Positions 27,628 to 36,553 of a stretch of DNA of 44,570 nucleotides are shown piece by piece; position 1 is the stretch's first letter, and every line of letters begins with the position of its first letter. The position numbers were made by a program, and so were the translations under genes. Source of the DNA: Candidatus Micrarchaeota archaeon (GTDB lineage Archaea; Micrarchaeota; Micrarchaeia; CABMEP01); contig JAOAKO010000005.1 of NCBI GenBank assembly GCA_026413625.1, positions 1-44,570 on the forward strand. The letters run 5' to 3'. Below the pieces are notes generated by a model. That model did no database searches. It was given only the letters and a program-made list of their open reading frames with translations, and had not been told where the DNA came from.

Positions 27628-28806
27628 CTATCCTTTTCTTGCACGCTCTACAAGATCCATTACCTTCATAGCAACTTTCTTTGCTTCATCCTGCGTTGTA
27701 TCCTTTCCAAATGTAAACCTTACAGATCCTGTAAATTTCTCTCCCTTCACGCCTATCGCTTCCAGAGCCCTGCAGTCAACGCATGTTGAGGTTATGATGC
27801 CGTTTTCTTCAAGTTGCTTGACAAGCTCACTTCCGGTTATTCCGCTGAAGCTGAAATTTATATTGTTAGGAAGCCTTCTTGTCAAATGTCCGTTTAGCTT
27901 TACAAATTTGATGTTTTCCTCTATGTAATCTATAAACATCCTCTGTAATCTGGCAAGGTTTTTCTGGTTTTTGCCCATTTCCTTATGAGCGATTTCAGCG
28001 GCGGCAGCAAATCCGACTATTGAAGCAATGCTCAGAGTTCCGGGCCTTAAGAGATTGTCTTTATTCGGAAATATTGGCTTGATGGGAATTCCGCTTTTTA
28101 CATACAAAGCCCCTATTCCCTTGGGTCCATAGCAGTGGTGCGCGTCGAAAGACATCAAATCAACATTCATCTTTCTTACATCCAGAGGCACCCATCCATA
28201 AGAGAATGTGGCATCAGTATGGAATGTAACGCTCTTTTCCTTTGCTATCCTTCCTATGTCCTCTATGTGTTGGATTGTGCCTATCTCTCCGTTTGAATGT
28301 TGAACAGAGAGGAGGATTGTCTTGGGTGTTATTTTTGACCTGACGTCAGCGATGCTCACTAATCCGTCAACATCGACTAGAAGAGTGGTGAGTGTAAATC
28401 CCTCTGTAACCATTGATTTACATGTGGAAAAAACAGGATCGTGCTCTATTGCTGAGGAAAGAATATGATTTCCTGACTGCATCTTTGCCTTAGCTACTCC
28501 CCTTATTGCTAAAACAGAGGATTCAGTTGAACCAGATGTAAATACTATCTCTTCAGGAGAAGCGTTTATTGTTTTTGCTATTTTTTCTTTTGCCTCTTCT
28601 ATAGCCAGCTTGGCCTCGCGACCATAAGAATGGAGAGAGGAGGGATTCCCGAATTTTAGCCTAAAGTATGGCTGCATAGCCTCCAAAACTTCCTCCCTTA
28701 CAGGAGTGGAGGATGCATAATCCATGAAGATTATTTTTCCTTCCGAAGCCATCGGCTTCGCAATTTTAGCCAAAGATTTGCCGGATTTAGAAACTTTTTT
28801 TGCCAT
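27628..28806 (-). CDS. IscS/NifS-like protein with degenerate catalytic motifs
   Basis: Class V PLP fold motifs (DYASSTP, GNPSSLH, FTSG, IEH), but DAHHCYGPKG replaces SxHKxxGPKG and TSTCVDC replaces GSAC. Confidence 0.9.
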   Translation of the reverse strand: MAKKVSKSGKSLAKIAKPMASEGKIIFMDYASSTPVREEVLEAMQPYFRLKFGNPSSLHSYGREAKLAIEEAKEKIAKTINASPEEIVFTSGSTESSVLAIRGVAKAKMQSGNHILSSAIEHDPVFSTCKSMVTEGFTLTTLLVDVDGLVSIADVRSKITPKTILLSVQHSNGEIGTIQHIEDIGRIAKEKSVTFHTDATFSYGWVPLDVRKMNVDLMSFDAHHCYGPKGIGALYVKSGIPIKPIFPNKDNLLRPGTLSIASIVGFAAAAEIAHKEMGKNQKNLARLQRMFIDYIEENIKFVKLNGHLTRRLPNNINFSFSGITGSELVKQLEENGIITSTCVDCRALEAIGVKGEKFTGSVRFTFGKDTTQDEAKKVAMKVMDLVERARKG

Positions 28807-28853
28807 GAAATGATTTAGCAGTATAATTTAAAAAACATAACTTTATTATACGG

Positions 28854-29684
28854 TTACTTCATTGAATTGAACAATTTTTTCATGTAGATTGCATCCTTTT
28901 CGATGTTCGGAGACTCGGAAATGAAAACTCCATCGCATTTGAATTCATGAAGAGCCTCAAAGAGCGGCCTTAACGGAGGGATATCGTGATCCATTGTTAG
29001 GTGATTTCTCTCTCCCTTTGCTGAAAAGTTTATTGAAGACATATGGCAATGAAGAGTCTTCAGGCCTTCTTTTCCAACCTTCTTTTCTATAAGCTCCAAA
29101 ACCTCTGCATAGTCTTGCTTTTTCTTGAATCTTCCGTTATCCCTTGCGTGCAGATGCGCCCAATCGACCGTAGGCCTTATTTTATCATAACCTATCTCTT
29201 CAGAAAGAGAGTATAAATCTTCGAGAGAACCGAATGCTGTTTGCTTTCCTGTTGTCTCAGGCGACAAATGAATGTTATATCCGTTTTCCTCTATTTCTTT
29301 TGCCAGATATTTAAACTCTTTTCTCATTCTCTCATAAGCAGCGGAGTGCGAAAGTTTTAGGAAGAAACCTGGATGAAAAACAAGACGGTCGCCCCCTGCT
29401 GCATCAAGGATCTTTGCTGTCAACAAAATTTCATTCACCGTTTTTTTGTATTTTGAATTATTTTCTGAAAGTAGATTAAGATAATACGAAGCGTGCGCAC
29501 TTAAGACGATATCGTATTTCTTGGCAACAGCCCCTGCTTCCTTTGCGACATCTTCTTTCATCCTGCATCCATGCACGAATTCTAATTCAAAGGCATCCAA
29601 TCCCAGCTTGTGGGCGCACTCTATTCCTGAAACTGAGTCTCTTTTCTCGCATGAAATTGGCACTCCTGCAGGGCCGAATCTCAT
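28854..29684 (-). CDS. nfo: Endonuclease IV-like (AP endonuclease family 2) TIM-barrel protein
   Basis: RFGPAG, HASYY, VFHPG, PETTGK, DWAHLHAR, GERNH, ISESP. Confidence 0.88.
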   Translation of the reverse strand: MRFGPAGVPISCEKRDSVSGIECAHKLGLDAFELEFVHGCRMKEDVAKEAGAVAKKYDIVLSAHASYYLNLLSENNSKYKKTVNEILLTAKILDAAGGDRLVFHPGFFLKLSHSAAYERMRKEFKYLAKEIEENGYNIHLSPETTGKQTAFGSLEDLYSLSEEIGYDKIRPTVDWAHLHARDNGRFKKKQDYAEVLELIEKKVGKEGLKTLHCHMSSINFSAKGERNHLTMDHDIPPLRPLFEALHEFKCDGVFISESPNIEKDAIYMKKLFNSMK

Positions 29685-29693
29685 AAAATCACT

Positions 29694-30476
29694 TCAAAGA
29701 GTGGATATTCTAAATGGAACCGGATCAAACAGCGATACATGAATGAAATAAGGAGCTGACACAAAAGGCTTGTCTAGCAGGAGTGAAACCGCTTGCATAG
29801 CCTCGATTGTGCCTATTAGGTTTGCAGTTATTCCTAGAATAGAATAGCATCCGGCTGCCTTTGCGAGTCTTTCCTTTAATTTCTTGTCTATTTTCTTTCC
29901 GTTTGAAGGAAGAGCAAAAACAGACTCGTAGCTCTGGCCCTTTGGAAGAAATATTGTGGAATACCCTCTTGTTTTTTCTGCCGCGCCAAAAACATATGGA
30001 ATTTGAAGGTCTTTTGCGGCCCTTGAAAGATATATTCGCGAAAGAACATTGTCCAGGCCGTCTATTACTATATCGTGGTTCTTCAAGATTCTAAACGCTG
30101 CTTCTTCTGAATCCACAAACTTGTCATATGTTCTTACCTTTATTGAAGGTGAGATGTCCAAAACTCTTTTCTTTATGATGTCAACTTTCTTCTTCCCAAC
30201 TACAGAATAGCTGCTGAATACTTGCCTGTTGAGATTGGATATTTCAAAAACATCTCCATCAGCAATTGTCAAGTTGCCGATCCCTGTTCTCGCGAGGAGA
30301 TCAATGGCAATTCCGCCCAATCCTCCGCATCCTATGACTGCGACATTTGCGTTTGCCAGCTTGTCCTGCTCTTTTTCTGTTATGGCGCCGATGTTTCTGG
30401 AGGAAATAATTTTGTATAAGCTGTACTCTTTCTTTGATTTATTTTCTCTATTTATTTTAATATACTTTTTAACCAT
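29694..30476 (-). CDS. ThiF/MoeB/HesA (E1-like) adenylyltransferase
   Basis: GCGGLG, DGDVFEISNLNRQ, DGLDN..SR, candidate catalytic Cys in AAGCYS. No CxxC zinc motifs. Confidence 0.92.
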   Translation of the reverse strand: MVKKYIKINRENKSKKEYSLYKIISSRNIGAITEKEQDKLANANVAVIGCGGLGGIAIDLLARTGIGNLTIADGDVFEISNLNRQVFSSYSVVGKKKVDIIKKRVLDISPSIKVRTYDKFVDSEEAAFRILKNHDIVIDGLDNVLSRIYLSRAAKDLQIPYVFGAAEKTRGYSTIFLPKGQSYESVFALPSNGKKIDKKLKERLAKAAGCYSILGITANLIGTIEAMQAVSLLLDKPFVSAPYFIHVSLFDPVPFRISTL

Positions 30477-30531
30477 GTGACACCTGACGCCTTCGGCACA
30501 AGCAATAAGCAATGCCAAAGGATATTAACAA

Positions 30532-30699
30532 TTATTTTTTTCTTTTTGCAGATGCAATTTGCTGGAGCTCTTTGCCTTTATAGTAATGTTTTGGGGTCTT
30601 TCTTTTTTGGAAGTATTTTTCTGGCCTTTTTGCAAATAGCTTGTCCCAAAACGAAGTCTTAAACCATGAGCACATATTCTTAATAAAGCTCCTTGTCAT
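30532..30699 (-). CDS. 55-aa basic/aromatic small protein of unknown function
   Basis: Hand translation: MTRSFIKNMCSWFKTSFWDKLFAKRPEKYFQKRKTPKHYYKGKELQQIASAKRKK. AGGTG RBS; starts 10 nt after the eL41 stop. Confidence 0.65.
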   Translation of the reverse strand: MTRSFIKNMCSWFKTSFWDKLFAKRPEKYFQKRKTPKHYYKGKELQQIASAKRKK

Positions 30700-30708
30700 G
30701 CAAGCACC

Positions 30709-30822
30709 TTACAGCTCGCCTACTCTTCTCTTCTGCATTCTTCTCATTTTCTTTCTTCTCTTTTTAATCCATTTCCATCTCATTTTTCCTTTTTTCTTCC
30801 ATTTTCTTGGTCTAGAACCCAA
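30709..30822 (-). CDS. rpl41e: Ribosomal protein eL41 (eS32), 37 aa
   Basis: TTG start after GGTGA; MGSRPRKWKKKGKMRWKWIKKRRKKMRRMQKRRVGEL matches the archaeal RPRKWKKKGxMRWKW signature. Too short for the ORF track. Confidence 0.93.
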   Translation of the reverse strand: MGSRPRKWKKKGKMRWKWIKKRRKKMRRMQKRRVGEL

Positions 30823-30935
30823 ATAATCACCTAATTAAACATTCACTGAGAACGATAGATAATATTGTATAAATTAATTTTTATATCTTTCTTTAGGGCT
30901 AAAATGTTTATAATTCTTATCTAGAAAATCATTTT

Positions 30936-32030
30936 ATGGACATTGAAACTAAAATTGAATTGATCGCAAAGGCGCCTACTGATGAAATAATAACCGTTCA
31001 GGCACTGAGGGAACTGCTAGAAACAAATAGCAAACCCATTGCATATAATGGCTTTGAGCCCTCGGGAAAGGTGCATCTTGGAACGGGGCTTATATGTTCT
31101 TATAAAATGAAGGACTTTATTCAAGCGGGAATAAAATTCAAAGTCTATTTGGCTACATGGCACGCATGGATAAATGATAAATTGGGTGGAGACAGAGAAA
31201 TGATAAAAAAGGCTGCCCTTCATTTCAAGCATTCCTGGATTGCGTTGGGCGTTCCTGAAGATAAAATAGAGTTCATATGGCCTGATCAGCTTTACGACGA
31301 TCTGGACTATTGGGAAATTGTAGTTAAAGTTGCAAAAGAAATGACTCTTGCAAGGGGTATAAGGACCTTGGAAATCGCAGGCAGGAAAGAAAGCGAGGGG
31401 CTAAAGCTTGCTTCGCTACTCTACACTCCTATGCAGGTAGCAGACATATTTCACTTCGGAGTCCAAATCCCACAATTAGGGATGGACCAGCGAAAGGCAA
31501 ATGTGGTGGCGATGGAAGTGGGTGAAAAGATAGGTTTCTGGAAGCCCGTTCCTGTTCACCACCATCTATTACAGGGACTTGTAAAGCCCCCTGTTTGGCC
31601 ATTGCCGGCTGATCCGACTGCAAAGAAAGAAGTATTGAGCGCAGTAAAGATGTCAAAATCAAAGCCGAACACCGCAATATTTATTTACGACGAACCGGAA
31701 GAAATAAGGCAAAAAATATCAAAGGCATTCTGTCCGGAAAAGGAAGTTGAAAACAATCCTTTGATGGATCTTGCAAAATACGTTATTTTCAGAGAAAAAA
31801 ATGAGATTGTAATTGAGAGGCCTGAAAAATTCGGAGGAAAAATTGAAATCCAATCCTTTGAAGAACTCAAGAGCATTTACTCCGCAGGAAAGCTCCATCC
31901 GATGGACTTCAAGAATGCTGTCGCTGAAAGTCTGATAGAGATACTTCAGCCTGTAAGGGAATACTTTAGAAAGAATAAAGAAGCAACCGAAACAAAACAA
32001 GTCATAGAAACTGCACATATAACGAGATAG
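30936..32030 (+). CDS. tyrS: Archaeal tyrosyl-tRNA synthetase
   Basis: YNGFEPSG, HLGT, YTPMQVADI, GMDQRK, KMSKS, LHPMDFK. Confidence 0.96.
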   Translation: MDIETKIELIAKAPTDEIITVQALRELLETNSKPIAYNGFEPSGKVHLGTGLICSYKMKDFIQAGIKFKVYLATWHAWINDKLGGDREMIKKAALHFKHSWIALGVPEDKIEFIWPDQLYDDLDYWEIVVKVAKEMTLARGIRTLEIAGRKESEGLKLASLLYTPMQVADIFHFGVQIPQLGMDQRKANVVAMEVGEKIGFWKPVPVHHHLLQGLVKPPVWPLPADPTAKKEVLSAVKMSKSKPNTAIFIYDEPEEIRQKISKAFCPEKEVENNPLMDLAKYVIFREKNEIVIERPEKFGGKIEIQSFEELKSIYSAGKLHPMDFKNAVAESLIEILQPVREYFRKNKEATETKQVIETAHITR

Positions 32031-32122
32031 TAATGCATCAAAGTGATAAATGATATAAAATGGTATTAAAAATTTAGATACCTTTATATCTTTTTAACCA
32101 GTAGATATTTTGTTTCAGTAAT

Positions 32123-32194
32123 GGCCGCGGTCGTCTAATGGCAGGACGGGAGGCTGTGGACCTCCAAGCAGGGGTTCGATTCCCCTCTGCGGCC
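32123..32194 (+). tRNA. tRNA-His(GTG) with genomically encoded G-1
   Basis: G(-1)GCCGCGG/CTGCGGC-C73, anticodon arm GGAGG-CTGTGGA-CCTCC, T arm AGGGG-TTCGATT-CCCCT. Confidence 0.96.
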
Positions 32195-32232
32195 CTCAAA
32201 ATGTTTTTAAATTCTACATTTAAACTTATTTT

Positions 32233-34989
32233 ATGCGAATATTGACTATTGAAGAAAAGAAAATAATAACCCCATTATTCAAATCGATAGTTGAAAAAAT
32301 TCCTATCGGGATAGGGGTAATAGATAAAAGCGGCGATCTCGTTCTAACAAACAAAAAAATGAAAAGAATATTCCTATATTTTGGACAAAAAACAAACTTA
32401 AACGTAAGGCTGGTAGAAGAAGAACTTTTACAAAAAATTATCAATGATATCTGGACAGGTAAAGAAAGTATTATTGACCTTGAATTTAATATCAAAGGAA
32501 TTATAAAAAATTTTAAAGCAATAACTGTGCCGATTACAAATGAAAAAAAAGAAATTTCATTTGTAATGTTAATTCTCCATGAAAGAACGAAGGAGATCCA
32601 AGATATAAAAAGGTTATCTATTGCTAAAGAAGTCATGAAGACTGCTAAATTAATCGACATCGCACTCGAAGGTAAAGAAGAAGTAGACGAAATGCTTGAG
32701 TCATTAGTAGCAGTATTTAGAAAAAATCCATACCTTGGCTGTGTTCATATTTTAAAATATGGGGAAAATCCAAAATTATATTATTACTCTTCAACTGGTC
32801 AATCTAAAAGTGAAATATTTTCATATTATAAAAAGTTTCATTTAAAAAAGGACATGTTGATTGTTCATGATATAACAAAGGGTGAATACTCACAACATAG
32901 AGAAACGACTGTTAGGTCACATTTTGGATTGATTTTAAAATTAAAATACCGGAACAAAGATTACGGAATTCTTACACTGCACTTTAAACCAGATGTTAAA
33001 CTATTTTTGGATGCGGTTAAGGCATTCAAAGAAATAGCATCAAACATATCTAAGATGATCTATAGCAAAGAAATAGAGAAGATAGAGATTGAGAGGCTTA
33101 AAGAGCTTAAAAGAATGGATATCGGTTTTAAAGCTAGCGCTGTTTGCAGATTGCTCGTAAAATATGAAAACAAAGAACCTAAAATAATTAAAGTCAATGA
33201 TGCTTTTAAGAAATTATATGGTTACTCTGAAAAAGAAGTTATAGGTAAGAATCCAAGAATATTAAAATCAGGTCTCATTCCAAAGGCAAAATATAAAGAA
33301 ATGTGGAGATCAATACTTGACAAAAACATTAGACATTGGGAAGGAGAAATAGTAAATAAAAGAAAAAACGGTGAATTAATAACTGTAAAATTGATTATAG
33401 ACACTATTTTTGAAAATGGAGAACCGAAATATTTCTTTGCAAACCACGTTGATATCACGGAACAAATGAGACTGCTACATGAAATAAACAAGCAGAATGA
33501 AAAATTGGCTGCGATTCTTAATAGCTCTTTAGATGCGATTATAGTTGGCGATAGAAAACTGAGATTTGAAATGGTTAACACGTCTTTTGAAAAAATGACC
33601 GGCTATAGTGCTTCAGAGATAATAGGAAAAGATATCCATGATTTACTTATGGCAAAGAAAGATATAAATAAAAAGAGATTGAAAAAATTCAAAAAAACAG
33701 GCAAAATCGATATATTGGGAAAGCAAGTAGAAACAGAAATAATCACTAAGGATAAAAAAATCATACCTGTGGAATTGAGCGTCAACAAATTTAAAATTGA
33801 CAACGATGAAAAGTTAGTGGCGATAATGAGAAACATTGCTGAAAGAAAAAGATTAGAAAATGAAATAATAGCAAAAGAAAAATTCTATCAAGAGATTTTT
33901 GAACATTCCGATGACGGTATTATTGTAGCTTACTATGATAGCAAAATTGGCGATTTTATAATCAAAGACATAAACAAAAGAGCATGCGAAATAAGTAAAG
34001 TTAGAAAAGAGGAGGCCATAGGTAAAGCTGCAAGAGAAATATTCAAAGGAATAGAAAAAATAGGATTATATCAAAAAGCAAGAGCTGGGATTCAGAGCGG
34101 CAAAGCTGAATACCTTCATGACGTTTTTTACAGCGATGGAAGGATATCTGGTTGGAGGGATTACTATATATTCAGATTAACAACAGATGAAGTAGTTGTA
34201 ATGTACAGAGATATTACTGAAAGAAAGGAAATGGAAAAGCTTAAGGAAAATTACAGAATAAAATTAGAGCAGGAAGTAAAAGAAAAGACACAGCAAATAA
34301 ATCAACAATTGGAACAGATTGAGCAATTGCAGAAAGCCAAGGATGAATTCATAAGAAATATGACGCATGAATTAAAAACTCCAACTTCAGTAATCTTGAC
34401 GAATTTAGAGATGCTGAAACAGATGGCGCCGATTGGCAAGGAGAAAGAGTGGCTGAAAATGATAGAAATGCTTCACAGAAATGCGGAAAGACTGAAGAAT
34501 TCGATAGACCAAATACTTAATTTAACAAGATTAAGTGCAATTCAACTCAATAAAGAGCGCATAATATTGGATGATATTGTTAATCAAGTTTACAATGATT
34601 ATTCGCCTCTAATGATGAAAAAAGGTCTTCAATTTAAAAAAGATGTCGAACCTATAGTTATAATGGCTGATAAAAACTTGTTAATATTGTTATTAAGTAA
34701 TTTAGTTTCAAATGCTATAAAATTCACAAACGAAGGAGAGATTAAACTAGAGGCAAAATCTTATGATCATACAATAATGATTGCTGTTGAAGATACTGGA
34801 ATAGGTATGACAGAAGAAGAGAGATCACATATATTTGAAAAATTCTACAAAGCAGATCCGAATTCTCCAGGCACTGGAATCGGGTTGACAATCGTAAAAG
34901 AAATAGTTGAAAAACATGGAGGAAAAATAGAGGTCAAAAGCCAAAAAGGAAAAGGAACAAGATTTGAGATTTATCTCCCAAGAGAATAA
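32233..34989 (+). CDS. Cytoplasmic multi-PAS (plus GAF-like) sensor histidine kinase
   Basis: PAS motifs (VNDAF..LYGYS..EVIGKNPRIL; DITE/NIAER), H box THELKTP, N box NLVSNAIKFT, G1 DTGIG, F box FEKFY, G2 GTGIGL. Confidence 0.95.
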   Translation: MRILTIEEKKIITPLFKSIVEKIPIGIGVIDKSGDLVLTNKKMKRIFLYFGQKTNLNVRLVEEELLQKIINDIWTGKESIIDLEFNIKGIIKNFKAITVPITNEKKEISFVMLILHERTKEIQDIKRLSIAKEVMKTAKLIDIALEGKEEVDEMLESLVAVFRKNPYLGCVHILKYGENPKLYYYSSTGQSKSEIFSYYKKFHLKKDMLIVHDITKGEYSQHRETTVRSHFGLILKLKYRNKDYGILTLHFKPDVKLFLDAVKAFKEIASNISKMIYSKEIEKIEIERLKELKRMDIGFKASAVCRLLVKYENKEPKIIKVNDAFKKLYGYSEKEVIGKNPRILKSGLIPKAKYKEMWRSILDKNIRHWEGEIVNKRKNGELITVKLIIDTIFENGEPKYFFANHVDITEQMRLLHEINKQNEKLAAILNSSLDAIIVGDRKLRFEMVNTSFEKMTGYSASEIIGKDIHDLLMAKKDINKKRLKKFKKTGKIDILGKQVETEIITKDKKIIPVELSVNKFKIDNDEKLVAIMRNIAERKRLENEIIAKEKFYQEIFEHSDDGIIVAYYDSKIGDFIIKDINKRACEISKVRKEEAIGKAAREIFKGIEKIGLYQKARAGIQSGKAEYLHDVFYSDGRISGWRDYYIFRLTTDEVVVMYRDITERKEMEKLKENYRIKLEQEVKEKTQQINQQLEQIEQLQKAKDEFIRNMTHELKTPTSVILTNLEMLKQMAPIGKEKEWLKMIEMLHRNAERLKNSIDQILNLTRLSAIQLNKERIILDDIVNQVYNDYSPLMMKKGLQFKKDVEPIVIMADKNLLILLLSNLVSNAIKFTNEGEIKLEAKSYDHTIMIAVEDTGIGMTEEERSHIFEKFYKADPNSPGTGIGLTIVKEIVEKHGGKIEVKSQKGKGTRFEIYLPRE

Positions 34990-35006
34990 AAACAAATGGT
35001 GGTTTT

Positions 35007-35366
35007 ATGAAGAAGATATTGATTATAGAAGATGAAGCAGATGTAGCCGAGAGTATTAAAATGTTACTTGAAATGAACGGCTATAAAGCGGATTACAACC
35101 TAAATCCAAAGGCTGCGATCAAAAAAGCAAAAGGATATGATCTGATATTATTGGACATCATGATGCCAGTAATGTCTGGAAGAGAGGTGCTAGCGGAATT
35201 CAAAAAAATGAAATTAAAGGTTCCAGTCTTGGTTGTAACTGCGGTTGGAATGCCGTTTGAAGTGGAAAGAGAGCTGAGCGCAAAATATTTTCCGGTAAGA
35301 GTTCTTCCAAAGACTTCCATTCATACTGATTTGATAAAAGAAATCAAAAAAATTCTAAAAGAGTGA
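35007..35366 (+). CDS. Single-domain response regulator receiver
   Basis: ILIIEDE, DLILLDIMMPVMSG, VTA, conserved Lys. Confidence 0.93.
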   Translation: MKKILIIEDEADVAESIKMLLEMNGYKADYNLNPKAAIKKAKGYDLILLDIMMPVMSGREVLAEFKKMKLKVPVLVVTAVGMPFEVERELSAKYFPVRVLPKTSIHTDLIKEIKKILKE

Positions 35367-35651
35367 TTACTCTCCGACTTCCTTTCTAACTTCTTCTTTT
35401 CCTTTTTCAAGCTCCTCGACTTGCTCCCTATCCCTATTGAGAAGCAGCCTTTGGAACTCTCCAACGTGCGTTTTTTCTTCTTTTGCGATATCAAGAAGCA
35501 TCTTCTTGATGTTCTTGTCCTGGGCCAACGCGGCCATCTGCTCGTATAGATTTATTGCATCCAGTTCCGCGATAATCCCTGCCCTCAAAATCTCTTTATC
35601 TATATATTTCTTGTCAACCTTTTCCAGCTTAGTCGGTATCTCTGACATCAT
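35367..35651 (-). CDS. Small ferritin-like protein (encapsulated-ferritin/rubrerythrin-like half bundle)
   Basis: AELDAINLYEQ, EEKTHVGEF (ExxH), GKEEV. Confidence 0.85.
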   Translation of the reverse strand: MMSEIPTKLEKVDKKYIDKEILRAGIIAELDAINLYEQMAALAQDKNIKKMLLDIAKEEKTHVGEFQRLLLNRDREQVEELEKGKEEVRKEVGE

Positions 35652-35680
35652 ATAACTCACCCATTAACCTAATGCGTTGC

Positions 35681-36409
35681 TTAAACCCTCCTTAAAAGAG
35701 ACGCCTCCATTGCCCTTGCCTTCTCGCCGCTGTAAATATGGGGCGCATCCTTCTCCAGATCGTAAACGACTATGTAATTTGATTTTCTCTCTGCCAATTC
35801 CTCCTCGTCAAACACCCCTCCGTAAAGTGCAGAATGGAACTCTTCCGGTGACATGAGGGCTGCTTCCTGTTTTTTCTTATAAATTCTTTTGCCGATTTCT
35901 TCAAAAAGCTCGTCTTTGAAAAGACTTAATGAAGTGGGCATAATGTCGTCAAATTGAATCGATTTTTCAGAAATAAATTTCTGAACGATTGAATGCTGAT
36001 CTTTTGCAGTCGCTTCCAAGATTTTTGAAAGGAAAAATAGCCTTGCGACTTCACTGCTTTGAGAAACAATTATCGAATACACCTTGTATAGCGTTTCGTT
36101 TGAAAGAGAGGAAAACGAAAGAGAATTTAAGTCATTCAATGAGACCTTTGCGGACTCATACGATTTGTGCGATTCGGAAACGAAATTTTTCAGCAATTGT
36201 TGCGCTGCTTCGTTTGACTGTGGCAGGTTTGAAGAGAATTTTTCTACATCTTTTCCCAAGATAAAAAGCTCTGCTTCGTATGACTTTACAAATGATATGG
36301 GGTTTGGCTGATAGAATCCCTTTGGCATTTTTCTTGCTGCAATTGTTAAAGCCCAGAGCTGCGAAACTGAAATATTTGAAAATTTTATTAATCTTACAAA
36401 GTCGCCCAT
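35681..36409 (-). CDS. Hypothetical helical protein
   Basis: ORF of about 242 aa, start placed after GGAGG; no confident family. Confidence 0.75.
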   Translation of the reverse strand: MGDFVRLIKFSNISVSQLWALTIAARKMPKGFYQPNPISFVKSYEAELFILGKDVEKFSSNLPQSNEAAQQLLKNFVSESHKSYESAKVSLNDLNSLSFSSLSNETLYKVYSIIVSQSSEVARLFFLSKILEATAKDQHSIVQKFISEKSIQFDDIMPTSLSLFKDELFEEIGKRIYKKKQEAALMSPEEFHSALYGGVFDEEELAERKSNYIVVYDLEKDAPHIYSGEKARAMEASLLRRV

Positions 36410-36450
36410 ATGACCCTCCAAAAAAATTAGTCTGCCAAAGATTATAAATA

Positions 36451-36476
36451 TTATATCAATATATAGATTGATATAA
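36451..36476. promoter_or_regulatory. Perfect 10-bp inverted repeat TTATATCAAT-N6-ATTGATATAA in a divergent promoter region
   Basis: Read directly; lies between divergent genes starting at 36409 (-) and 36554 (+). Confidence 0.5.
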
Positions 36477-36553
36477 AAGAAGACTCATGGTCAGACTCCG
36501 AGATGTTTTTTATATTGATCTAATTTCAGGATAACAATTTATAGGGTGTATTA

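Noticed and set aside
30477-30826. Two 61-aa plus-strand ORFs in the track
   Set aside because: Antisense to eL41 and the adjacent small ORF, which have RBS motifs and, for eL41, a recognisable sequence.
36481-36530. Second box C/D sRNA
   Set aside because: CTGA motifs exist on the minus strand, but there is no properly spaced box C or C'.
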